A stretch of 64,000 nt of DNA from positions 364,655-428,654 of the forward strand of contig NW_015171504.1 of assembly GCF_001447785.1 (NCBI RefSeq), in the 5' to 3' direction. Within the stretch, counting starts at the first letter, position 1. Each line of letters begins with the position of its first letter. The stretch is from Gekko japonicus (Eukaryota). Below the pieces are notes generated by a model, which was given only the letters and a program-made list of their open reading frames with translations, searched no databases and was not told the origin of the DNA. Below are positions 35,785 to 47,439 of this stretch, piece after piece. The position numbers were made by a program, and so were the translations under genes.

Positions 35785-37652
35785 CAGGGCCGGTTCCAGG
35801 TTTTTTTTGCACACTAGGCAAGGCTACCTTCTGGTGCCCCCCCCCCCATGGTCCACCAATTTTCAAACATAAATGCATTTTAGGAAAAAAGAAAAACACA
35901 AAATTTGAAATTGCTAATTTTTAAAAAATTGTGAGAACAAGTAATACAATCTCTGATTTTCTCTTTCAAACAGGAAAACATAAATCACAAAGCATTTTCA
36001 AAAATCCTGTTCTCACTGTACAACTTGTTAAGCCCATCAACTCCAGCTAATAACTCAATTAACAAGTACTCTTCTCAAAGCAGTGACTTGCATACGGAAC
36101 AGAACAGTGATGGGGATCCCTGAAATACCAACAACAGGGTTCAGTTAGAATAAAAATGTATCTTTCCTCTAATGCTTTTCAATTTGATTTTAATTCCCCA
36201 TGAAGAAATTCAACTAAAAATAATGAAATTGGTGATGGGAGTTTTTCTAACCACCCGCACAGAATTGCAAACACACAAAAACAGAATATATTTATATGAC
36301 AACAGCAGAGGATAAAAAACTAGATACAAGGGGGCAATGAACTTTTTACTGAGAAAGCAGAACGAAGGGAAAAGACTAAATTGAAAATTTTGGAAGAGAG
36401 GTGATACAAAGGGGAAAAGTACAAACATGAAAACATGCATCTTTGGAAAGAGGGAAGAGGAAGCAGAGGATAAACTAAACAAAGTAATATACAGACATTA
36501 GTAAAGTAAAGATAAAGGTTCCCTTGCTCGAAAGCCAGTCGAGTCTGACTCTAGGGTTCCGGTGCTCATCTTCGTTTCAAAGCCAAAGAGCCAGCGCTGT
36601 CCGAAGACATTTCTGTGGTCATGTGGCTGGCATGACTAAACACCAAGGTGCACGTAATGCTGTTACCTTCCCACCGAAGTGGTACCTATTTATCTACTTG
36701 CAATTTCTTGCTTTCGAACTGCTAGGTTGGCAGGAGCTGGAACTAGAGACGGGAGCTCACTCCATCATGCGGCAACTTGGGTCTTAAACTGCTGAACTAC
36801 TGACCTTCCACAGCCTGCAGTTCAGTGTCTTAACCACTTGAGCCACCGCAGCTCCTATACAGACATTAATACAAAGCAAAAAAGGACATGGAGCAGCCAC
36901 TGGAATGGAGTGGGCAGAAATTTCATTTGGGGGTTGAGGAGGAAAATAATGTAAGATTCCAAGTGGGAGAGTGCAGGAGAAAAAGCTGCTGCAGAAAAAT
37001 TACGAGGGAGAGAAGAAGAGAATGGAACGTGTAGAGAACCTTTATTCTAAATCCTAAACCTTGATTAGTGATCATGTCCTGCTGCACTTAACCAGATGTA
37101 GCTCTGAGTCAACATACCAAGGACCTCACTGCAGAATGTAAACACCCCCCTCCAAAGAATAAGAAAAAAGAAAGTTGCAAAAGAAGAAAACTCTAGGGGG
37201 GGCATGGTGGAGAAGATAAGTAACGCGGAGAGGACTATTACTACTCAAATGCTCCCCCCCCCCCGCAAAGGAAAGCAGGTCAAATAAAAGCATTGACCAA
37301 TTCAAAAACGAAATGCGAACACACACACCCCTCGTTTCTCAATATCAACTTTAAAAAATCCTCCTGGTGCCAGCACGGCGCCCTCCAACCAAGTCAAGGA
37401 GGAGCACAGCCAGTGCAAGCAGAGCAGCCAAGCAGGGTGCGAGATGAGGGCAGAATCCAGCAGCAGCACCTCTCTCCCCTCTGGAGCCTGGTGCCCAGCC
37501 CCTGCCCCTCTTTTCACCCCCAGCGAGGAAGGTGCTCACCTGGGGAGGCAGGGGTGAGGCAGGGGGTGTTCAGTGACAGGCTGGCAGCGCCCCATGGATA
37601 CTGGCACCCCTAGGCAGCTGCCTTACTTGCCTATATGGGTGCACCGGCCCTG
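35785..37652. mobile_element. Non-autonomous hAT element (~1.9 kb)
   Basis: TIR CAGGGCCGGT / ACCGGCCCTG. Perfect 8-bp TSD GTGCCTAG at 35777-35784 and 37653-37660. Confidence 0.85.
36501..36855 (-). mobile_element. Sauria-type SINE nested in the hAT element
   Basis: Homologous to 12762-13110. 13-bp TSD TATACAGACATTA at 36488-36500 and 36856-36868. Confidence 0.9.
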
Positions 37653-38526
37653 GTGCCTAGCCAATTCACCCATTGCAGGCTGCAGTCAGCAAAATAGTGA
37701 GACGGGCAAATACAGGGCCACAGGGAGTCTGTGAAAGCTCATGAAGCCTCTGGATTTCTACCCATTACAGAGGTTTTTCCAAATTTCCCCCTCACTGGCT
37801 GTTGCAAAGGGGACTGTCTTGGTGCTGAGCAGCATCAGCAAAGCTCTTAGTCACTTTATGGCATGTGGAGGGAGGAGATGATGTTTAATGCCTAGCACCC
37901 ACCTCTCAGCCTAGGAAAAACAAAGCTGTCAGCAACATTGAGTGAACTTGGAGCCAGTTGGTGTCACTGTCACCCCAAAAAGGCTGGCAGCCAGTTTGTG
38001 CCTAGCGTAGCCCATGCTAAGAATTGAAATGCTTAAATTTGCAGTCCAGATATTATACATGTATTTTAACCCATCACTTGCCTCTTGTGGTCTTTTTTGC
38101 AGAGTGCAGGGATGAGGCCTGATCCTTCCAATCTGAATCTCTCAGACTGCGATGAAAAGCCTGGGGTTTGATCCATACTAAACCAGCAATTTCCACCAAT
38201 TCTCCTTTCTTACTGCAGACCCCCCCCCCCAATATTCATTTGTTTATTTATTTAAAACATTTATATGCTGCCTTTCCACCTAAATAGGGTCCCCAAAATG
38301 GAAAACACCATCCTTTAAAACAAATGAAACATTAAAACAGCATTTTAAATGTATTTATACATAATTAACAATACAATTAAACAATAGACATACAAAGATA
38401 ACCAGGGAGGAAGGCCAGTAAGAGTTTACTGATGGTATGCCAAAATGAAAACAAGAAAGGCTTTACCTGCTGGCAAAAAAACAGTAGAAAACTAACTGGG
38501 AAGGAAATGTATAACTCTACAAATTT

Positions 38527-39125
38527 ATGTATTTATTTATTTAATTCCATTTATACCCCGCCCACCCCGCGTACGGGCTCAGGGCGGCTTACAACCATAG
38601 GGCACAAAAGTGCAATAAAATATGATAAAACACAATTTAAAACAATTTATACCTGGGAACCCAAGGATCCCACGTGACTAGACAACCCTCACTCCAGTAT
38701 TGCACAGCCCTATCCATTCAAGGGGAGGTTACTGTGGCCCCCTGAAATTATTAGCCACTTAACCTCCGGCGGTGCTGTAGAAATGGTCCTCGTTGGTGGT
38801 AGTGGTAGCGGCGGCGGCTCCTATTCGAAAGCCTGGCGGAAGAGCTCCGTCTTGCAGGCCCTGCGGAACTGCATCAGGTCCCGCAGGGCCCTGATCTCTT
38901 CCGGGAGCTCATTCCACCAGATAGGAGCCGCCACCGAGAAGGACCTGGCCCTAGTGGCCGCAAGCCTGGCCTCCTTCGGGCCCGGGATCGTAAGGCGATG
39001 TAACGACCCCGACCGAAGTGCTCTTTGGGGTCTATGTGGGGCAAGGCGGTCCCTCAGATATGCTGGACCCTGGCCATGTAGGGCTTTAAAGGTGACGACC
39101 AGCACTTTGAAGCGAATCCGGTATG
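38527..39125 (-). mobile_element. L2 LINE 3' end (young, CpG-rich)
   Basis: ORF 38821-39105 encodes FKALHGQGPAYLRDRL...FSVAAPIWWNELP...KTELFRQAF, followed by a (TTTA)n tail. Confidence 0.88.
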
Positions 39126-40822
39126 CCTGGCTCGAGGTTAGTGATTATACTGTCGTGGTTGTCAAAAACATCGAGGTCTTTCTTGTATAGTTCTTCTGTA
39201 TATTCTTGCCATCTTTTCCTAATCTCTTCTGCTTCTGTTAGGTCCCTACCGTTTTTGTCCTTTATCATGGCCATCTTTGCATGGAACGCTCCCTTGATTT
39301 CTCCAATTTTCTTGAAGAGATCTCTAGTCCTTCCCATTCTATTGTTTTCTTCTATTACTTTGCACTGTTCATTCAGGAAGGCCTCCTTATCTCTCCTTGC
39401 TGTTCTCTGGAAATCTGCATTCAGTTGGGTAAATCTTTCCTTTTCGCCTTTGCCTTTCGCTTTCCTTCTTTCCTCTGCTATTTGTAAAGCCTCATCAGAA
39501 AGCCACTTTGCTTTCTTACATTTCTTTTTCTTTGGGATGGTGGTGATTGCTGCCTCCTGTACAATGTCACGAACCTCCGTCCATAGTTCTTCAGGCACTC
39601 TATCAAATCTAGACCCTTGAATCTATTCTTCACCTCTACTGTATATTCATCAGGGATGCGATCTAGGTCAAACCTGAATGGCCTCGTGGTTTTCCCAATT
39701 TTCTTCAGTTTAAGTCTGAATTTTGCAATGAGTAGCTCATGATCTGAACCACAGTCAGCTCCAGGTCTTGTTTTTACTGACTGAATAGAGCTTCTCCATC
39801 TTTGACTGCAAATTATATAGTCAATCTGATTGCGGTGTTGCCCATCTGGTGATGTCCATGTGTAGAGTCGCCTCTTAGGTTGTTGGAAAAGGGTGTTCGC
39901 TATGACCAGTGTGTTCTCTTGACAAAACTCTGTTAACCTTTGCCCTGCTTCATTTTGCTTTCCAAGGCCAAACTTGTCTGTTATTCCAGTTACCTTTTCA
40001 CTTCCTACTTTAGCATTCCAGTCCCCTATGATGATGAGGACATCATTTTTTGGTGTTAGTTCTAGGAGGTGTTGTAGGTCTTCATAGAACCGGTCCACTT
40101 CAGCCTCTTCTGCATCAGTGGTTGGGGCATACACTTGAATTACTGTGATGTTGAATGGTTTGCCTTGGAATCGGACAGAAATCATTCTGTCATTTTTGAG
40201 ATTGTATCCCAGTACTGCCTTTTGCACTCTCTTGTTGACTATAAAGGCCACACCATTTTTTCTACGAGATTCCTGGCCACAGTAGTAGATATAATGGTCT
40301 TCTGAGTTAAATTCGCCCATTCCTGTCCACTTTAGTTCACTGATTCCTAGGATATCGATGTTCAGTCTTGCCATCTCATTTTTGACCACGTCAAGCTTAC
40401 CTTGATTCATAGATCTTACATTCCAGGTTCCTATGCAGTATTGTTCTTTGCAGCATCGGACTTTCCTTTCACCATCAGACACATCCACAACTGAGCGTCC
40501 TTTCGGCTTTGGCCCAGCCGCTTCACTCTTTCTGGGGTTACTTGTACTTGTCCTCTGCTCTTCCTCAGTAGCATATTGGACACCTTCCGACCTGAGGGGC
40601 TCATCTTCCGGCGTCATATCTTTTAGCCTTTTGATACTGTCCATGGGGTTTTCTTGGCAAAAATACTGGAGTGGGTTGCCATTTCCTTCTCCAGGTGGAT
40701 CACGCTTGGTCTGAGTTCTCTGCTGTGGCCTGTCCGTCTTGGGTGGCCCTTCACGGCATAGCCCACAGCTTCATTGAACTGCGCAAGCCCCCTCGCCACG
40801 ACAAGGCAGTGATCCATGAGGG
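39126..40822 (-). mobile_element. BovB (RTE) LINE, 5' half with EN domain; RT and 3' end missing
   Basis: CIGTWNVRSMNQGKL, GISELKW, QVYAPT, GDWNAKVG, NQIDY and GSDH motifs. One frameshift near 39600. BovB 5' motif GGGTTTTCTTGGCAA...GGGTTGCCATTTCCTTCTCCAG. Confidence 0.93.
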
Positions 40823-41117
40823 GCCACAAGTGATGGGCCACTACATAAAAGTGCCTAACATCTGGTGACACTCTGGACAAAACTCTATGGTAGAATTAGC
40901 TTCAAACCATAGAGTTTTGCCCCCAAAACAGAGTGTAGCCCCCACGATGTCACCAATATGTGTATGTCACTTTCGGGTGATGTAGGCACGTCACTGACAT
41001 CCCTGACGTGTACGTCACCTGGAGGGGGCATAGGAACGTCACGCTTCTTCCCTCCCCTCTCTTCGAGCCTCCTTGTAAGTCCACCGCCGGCTTGTGGGCC
41101 AGACTTGGCAACCCTAC
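40823..41117. mobile_element. Fragment of a TAGGGTTGCCA-terminated hAT-like element
   Basis: Ends TTGGCAACCCTA. Internal inverted repeat AAAACTCTATGGT / ACCATAGAGTTTT. Confidence 0.55.
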
Positions 41118-41159
41118 TTTTCTCGTAGGGCTTGGTCCCCAGGCCCCTGATCATCCTTG

Positions 41160-41690
41160 ATCCCGGTCAAATCTCCTCAGCTTCCAGCACCAGGCCGACA
41201 CACTCTATGCCCGGGATCTCCACAGCCGGCAGCGCCCTGAAGAATCAAACCTCTCGCACGAATATCGCTACTCCTCCCCCCCGCCCCCGATTCCTTGATT
41301 GGTGTAGGACTGAGTACCCGGGCGGGGTAAGCTGGGAGAGAGCTACGGTCTCCCCATCCCGCACCCAGGTCTCGGTCACGCAAGCCAGGTCCACCTGTTG
41401 TTCTATAATAAAGTCCCGAAGGACCATGGTCTTATTATTGATGGACCTGGCGTTGCACAGCACCAATGTCGGAGGGGGGGGACATACTCCGAGCCCCACT
41501 GCCAGCATCCCTCGGGATGGGCCTCAGGCTGGAAAGGTGCCGAGCTCTTATAGTTCTCCGCTCCCTTCCTTTTCTCCTTGGCCTGGGCCCACCGCAATAC
41601 TTCCCCCTTCCAAAGAGCATCGGAATCTGCTGTATTGGCATTGCTGCCACAGGAAGGTCTTCGCTACAAGCACCTAACCGTCTGTGCAGT
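41160..41690 (-). mobile_element. L2 LINE ORF2 5' part (APE endonuclease N-terminus)
   Basis: LCNARSINNK...DLACVTETW...GRGGGVAIF. Confidence 0.85.
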
Positions 41691-42439
41691 TAGTCTCACA
41701 GCTCTCTTCCTGCCTCCCCAAAAAGTGCAATATAACAGCCTGTGCCGCACACACTACCAAACAATCCACACAACATCATACTCTCACTCTCATTCACCCA
41801 GTGGTGTTCGCAGGCTACCTATAGTCACGCATACATCCACTCAAATACCCACTCTCCCCCAAAATTTCCAAAGACAAGTAATGATGCTCATAGAAATATA
41901 TTAAATAAACTGAATATATAAACACAACACTTCAAGAAAATGTACATCATAAAGTCTCATAAACCAAAGAGTGATAATTCTTGGGGGGGGGGGGGAAACA
42001 CCATCCTAAATAGTCCACAAGTACAAGCCCTCCAAGGGGCAATAACAATCCATTAAAAAATACTGTCCAGTTTACCCTGGGCAGTATCATACATAATATT
42101 CAGACAGTTTTGAAGAAAATTCTTCATCAAAGGATATAATGTCAAGGTAGATACCTCTGGATGAAAATACAAGAAGCCAAAGAAACTACAACTCTTTGCA
42201 AAGAAAATTTAAATCATCCAGACACATTAAAAATCAATAGACTGTACTTACAATGACCATGTACAAATAAAAATTCTGTTATGCATTAAGTGGAGTACAA
42301 AGCCTCTTAACAAATTCACAACCCAATGGTATCAAATCTAGCAGGCAAAAAGACTCTTAGGTTAGACATTCCATCTAGTGGCATGATATAGCAAAGGCAA
42401 ATAATCCCAGCTGTATCTGATTGTAGTAGCAAAAGGCAG

Positions 42440-42520
42440 AAAGAAAGAGAGAGAGGAAGAGAGAGAGAGGAAGGAAGGAAGGGAGGAAGGAAGGGAGGGG
42501 AGGGAGGGAGGGAGGGAGGA
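42440..42520. repeat. Purine-rich simple repeat (GA/GGAA/GGAG)
   Basis: Seen directly in the sequence. Confidence 0.9.
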
Positions 42521-43460
42521 GATAAAGGGAGAAGAATCTCTCTTGAAAGGGAATTCCAAAACTGCCCATTCCTCTGGGTCCCAGATAGCCCAGAGCAGCA
42601 GTCTGTAGAGATTAGTGGGCTGCAGAGAGAAGGAAGAAGCAGGAAAACCTTGTCTGGATCCAACCCTTGGTCTAGTTCTGCACATTTCATCTGTGCATTT
42701 GATTTCAAAGGACTAACAAAGGTCTACCTCTCCCTAGGATTGCATTACGAGAAATGCATAAATGTGTATGTTAAATTAATCACTGGAAGTACTGCAAAGA
42801 AAAGCAGGCCAAAATTCAGCCAAGTTCTAGTCTCTTCACTAGAGAAGTCCATATTGTGACAAAAACCTAAGCAACACTGACAAATATGGGGGGTTGGAAG
42901 GAACTAAGGAAAAATGGCATAAAATGCAGATGTGGATTGCCCATGTGAAAATGGAGCCAGCTGAGAGATGAAGACCAAGATCGGTAGGAAAAACGAAGCA
43001 AAAATAGCTGCTCCAGAGGTCTCTGGAATGAGGAAACAGAAAAAGAGAGGCCACCGAGACTCCACAAAGAGACTTGTGGGGTACAAGGAGAGGAGTATCC
43101 TGTGGACTTGAGAGATAAAATAAGCAGTTAACAGATGGGGAGCAGCTCTGACACCTGCAGAGAAAAGGACACAGAAGAAAGCGGGGAAGAGACAAAAGGT
43201 AAGGACTAGAGAGAGGATGGCTGAACTAGTGAAGTTACAATAGAGAAGAGAATGCTTGTTATCAATCAAAAAATGGGGAAGAATGGTTAAAATGGATTAA
43301 GAAGAAAAAATCTTGCAAAAATATTATCTCATGTTTTGCACAAGATTTGGTATAAACTATAAAGTGGTTCCTTGGAGTGATTGTAAGTGAACTAACCCTC
43401 AAACAAATGTAAACCTATGGAATATTAACTTTCTTCCCATTGCAGGCTAGGCTTGTTTCT

Positions 43461-43556
43461 TAACAGTGCCATCTGAAGCAGAGTTACACCCTTCTAATCC
43501 CACTGACTTCAAGGGACTTTGAAGAGAGGCAACTCTGTGTCAGGACTGTACTGTTA
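43461..43556. mobile_element. ~95-bp palindromic MITE
   Basis: TAACAGTGC...CAGAGTT / AACTCTG...GTACTGTTA. Related degenerate copies at ~45595-45685 and ~59955-60038. Confidence 0.6.
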
Positions 43557-44684
43557 GTGTCTCAGCACTCTGTGAGATTTTCTGCATAAAATTGAAAAAC
43601 AGCATGTTTTGTGATTGTCTGTGACATTCAAGTACATCTTATTTGTGACCTGGTCCACCTTTTCAAAAGCCTGTTATCTCTTGTTTGGGCAAGACATAAA
43701 CACTGCTAGTGCACACCCTGATTATATCACCTGCACACTTGATAGAATTCACTCTAGTTCTCCAGGGGCAATTTTACATATGTTTTATGCATGGCCTTTT
43801 CCTTTGCAAAGCTTTGCTGTTGCAGCAGTGGACAACAATTTATCAAGTGTCTGCCTTGTTTTGGATTGATGCTCCCTGCCTGAATCTGTTCTTACCACAA
43901 TTGTCAACAGACAGAAAGTTGACATTGCCATCTTGCAAAGTGGCAGAATCCAGCTTTATAACCTTCAGAATGTTTATGGAACCAGAAACAGGTCTGAAGT
44001 CTAGCTGTCTTACCTGTGCAAACTGAACTTTCTCAAAAGCTCTATTATATAGAAAATGCAAATCCCAGCCAATCCACATTATCATTTTTTTTCCCTGAGA
44101 AGGAAATGATGTTTCAATTTCAGTGCTTCAAAAATCATTTGGACATCTGGCTCAGCAAGCTGTAGCAGCCCAGAATCCTGCTGGCTGTCATTTATCACAT
44201 CTGCTGGTTCTCTAAAGTTTGTAGCTCTCTTTTCCATTTCTTCAGCAATCTTTCCAATCAAAAAGCAGTCACACTGTATACAAGGACACAAGAAGTCACC
44301 ATTTGCTCTCTGTAGGCTCCCTCTTGTTGCTGCAAAGTTACCTTTAGCACTCCGTCCATATCATAACTATGCTACAATCACTGCTATGTCCAGAAGATAC
44401 TTTGTTCTGTCTCTTCCTGTGAAATTTAATGAAGAACACTTTTCATGACATTGAGTTTTGTCAAGGAGGTGACAAGGCTGACTGTGTCGAAGCGAGGCTC
44501 CAACAAATGAATCTTTCTTTCAGATACATGCAGGATTCCGGGTCACTTCTGGAGGTGTCTGGTTAATACTGTGGCCTGCTGACCAAGATGATTTTAGGTA
44601 TTCTTTTGATTGTGTCACATCATCCAAGTGCCCAATTTGTATATTGAAATAGCCCTGAAAACCATCAGCCTACCAAAACATCTT

Positions 44685-44966
44685 AATAGATCAAGATGGG
44701 TAGCTATGTTAGTTTGTCTGTAGCAGTAGAAAAAAGCAAGAGTCCAGTAGCACCTTAAAGATTAACAAAATATTAGAAGGGTATAAGCTTACGTAAGTCA
44801 CTGCTCACTTCTTCAGATACCTTATAGCCGTACAGAATGGAACTCCATTTAGCCATATAGAATGGAACTCCATCAGCCTTGTGAAGAAACTTGCACAGGT
44901 ACAAACAGATGTCATCTTTCTCACCAAATGCAGAAGATTGAACATTATACCAAAGGGACTGAGAAT
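44685..44966. mobile_element. Penelope-like element fragment: inverted pLTR plus ORF N-terminus
   Basis: The minus strand carries the hammerhead remnant CTGAAGAAGTGAG...CTTACGTAAGC. The plus strand encodes KKLAQVQTDVIFLTKCRRLNIIPKGL. TSD AAAACATCTT at 44675-44684 and 44967-44976. Confidence 0.75.
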
Positions 44967-46599
44967 AAAACATCTTGAGAACCTCAAAAGCCATTTTGGT
45001 CACAAACAATGACAATATCATTAGGTTTATATAGGAAATCACGCAAACATAATCATCATCTTAAAGTTTTCCAGACTCATCTACTACCGTACCATACCTT
45101 ACTATAAAGTGATTTGCAGACATGGTATTTGGAGTCATTGTCACCTTGACAGTGGCACAAAAATTTCTTAGAAAGAGAAATAGCATGTGAATGAATCCCC
45201 CCATAACTAAAAACATAACGTATTTGGACAACATTTTCAAGTATTTAACAGGCTTCGCTTATTATCTTTTTTGTAATCTCTGCAATAACATGTTGCAGAT
45301 GGGAAGCTGAGGCTTAAACAAGTAACTTGCCTAAGGCACCAAGAGAATTTGTGGCAGAATGAAAATTCAAACAGGGAGCTCATAGCGTAGCTGCTCAATT
45401 GCGCTAGCTCTCTAGTGAAACCTTGGTATAGAAGTCCACATTTCACTACCATTAGAAATCTGTTTTGTTTTGGAACATGAGAAAGACAGAAATGTGTACA
45501 AGAAGAACATTCTGGCATGTTTGCACAGGGCATCCCAGTATCCAGTTACACTACACTGTGTGTTGCGGCAGCAGAGGGAGGGTGTTTAACTGAATTACAG
45601 TGTAACCTGAAGAAGAGTTAGACCCTTTTAAGTCTTTTTAAAGACAATGGGTTTAGAATGGTGTAACTGCCTAAAATGGCATTACCAAAAACCATTTCTT
45701 AATCCTGATCAGAGAAATGTAGCATGGGGGAGAGAGACAGTGAGGCAATTCTCTTTTAATTAAATTGGCATATATGAACCTAACTGTCTATGAGTATCAT
45801 GAGCAAAGCTTTTATTGGTGTTTCCTTACTGTGTTGTAATTTACCCAGTGACAATATCCTATAGCTGGAAAATCATCAGTGCACTCATAATCAAAATTAC
45901 ACCCTTTAAAACCCATTGATTTCAAATTGGAATCCCCCACCCCATTTTAATTAATAACAGCCAATACAAAGGATTTGTCCATTTCATATAAAGAAATATA
46001 TATCACTTTCATGAGAAACAAACAAAACAGAACTGATATTTTGCATGCAGTATAAATCTGTGTGTCCAGCAACTATTCTCTACCCGTAAACTTTTCAAAA
46101 CTGAAATATTGCTTAAGAATTCAGTCAAATTATGACTTCAGTAGAATATTTCAGATTCCTTATCCTTTAACCATTGACAGAAGTGTGTATTTTGTATATT
46201 TTAAATAATGTGTATACTAGCATTTGTCTGTATACAAAAGACACTGCTCTCACCACTTTACTTCTTTTCTAATTAAAAGTAGAATTCCCATAATTATTGC
46301 TGGGGAGCAGTTTGCCCCAGCCCACTAGAATTTAGGCATGGAGCCTGAGTGGGTAATTAAATTGGATTATCAGCCAATGAGGAGGCTTGTTCAGTTTTGA
46401 TATATTTGGCTGTGCCTCCTCAGAACAGGCTTTTTGCTGCTGACTTTCCCTTCAGGCATCATGGGATTAGCTACTCACCACTGGGGCCAACAAGGAATTA
46501 TTTTGGACTAGGAATAAAGCCCATTGTGGAAGTAAATAAAAGGAGCTCTAGGAAGAAGCTCTGGGAGAGTGCCCCGGCCTTGGGCAGGGTATAATGGCA

Positions 46600-47430
46600 G
46601 ATAGTCCACCATTTTCTCCTGTGGAACTGATCTCTGCCATCTGAAGAGCAGTTGTAATTCTGTGTGATCTCTATCCCTCCCCTGGAGACTAGCAACAATG
46701 GTTCCCCATGAGGGAATGGCTGGCTTGGAGGGTGGAGTCTATGGCATTGCACCTGTCTGAGGTCCCATCCATCCTCAAACCTCACCCTCTCCAGGCTCCA
46801 TCCCTCAAATCTACAGGAATTTTCCACCTGGAGTTGGCAACCCTATCTCCCTCCCAGCCAACTGTCAATGTACCGTTATCTGCCCCCTGGCTTCAGTTTC
46901 CATCTCCTCCCCCTCCCTCCTAGAGAGCAGGTGTAATTCTGAGTGATCTCCAGCCCCCACCTGGAGATTGGCAACAATGACTGGCTTGGAGGGTGGAGTA
47001 TATGGCATTGCACCTGTCTGAGGTCCCACCGCTCCTCAAACCTCACCCTCTCCAGACTCCATCCCTCAAATCTCCAGGAATTTCCCAGCTGGAGTTGACA
47101 ACCCTATCAGGACTGGCCCCAATGAGTTTTCTCCCAGAGACCAAAATAGGTGTGGAAAGGGCCTTTTACTGACAGAACCTGGTTGCCTAGCAACATGCAC
47201 TGAGGAGAAAGTACAGCTGGCAGCTCTGATTAGGGAAATACGTGGAGATTTGGGGGGTGGATCCCATGGAGGGCAGCATTGGGGTGTGTGGAAGGACTCA
47301 GCAGGGGATAATGCCATAAGGTCTACCCTCCAAAGCAGCCATTTTTTCCAGGGGAACTGATCTCTGTCATCTGGAGATCAATTGTAACAGCAGGAGATCT
47401 CCAGGTCCCACCTGGAGACTGGCGACCCTA
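46600..47430. mobile_element. Cluster of GGGTTGCCA-family MITE fragments
   Basis: Repeated bodies ending TGGCAACCCTA, TGACAACCCTA and GGCGACCCTA at ~46845, ~47106 and ~47430. Confidence 0.7.
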
Positions 47431-47439
47431 GATGAAAGT

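Noticed and set aside
36770-36855. tRNA gene
   Set aside because: This is the tRNA-like head of a Sauria SINE with no complete cloverleaf.
44020-44085. Resemblance to bornavirus L protein (SQPIHI)
   Set aside because: Only a few residues match and no neighbouring polymerase motifs are present, so it is not supportable.
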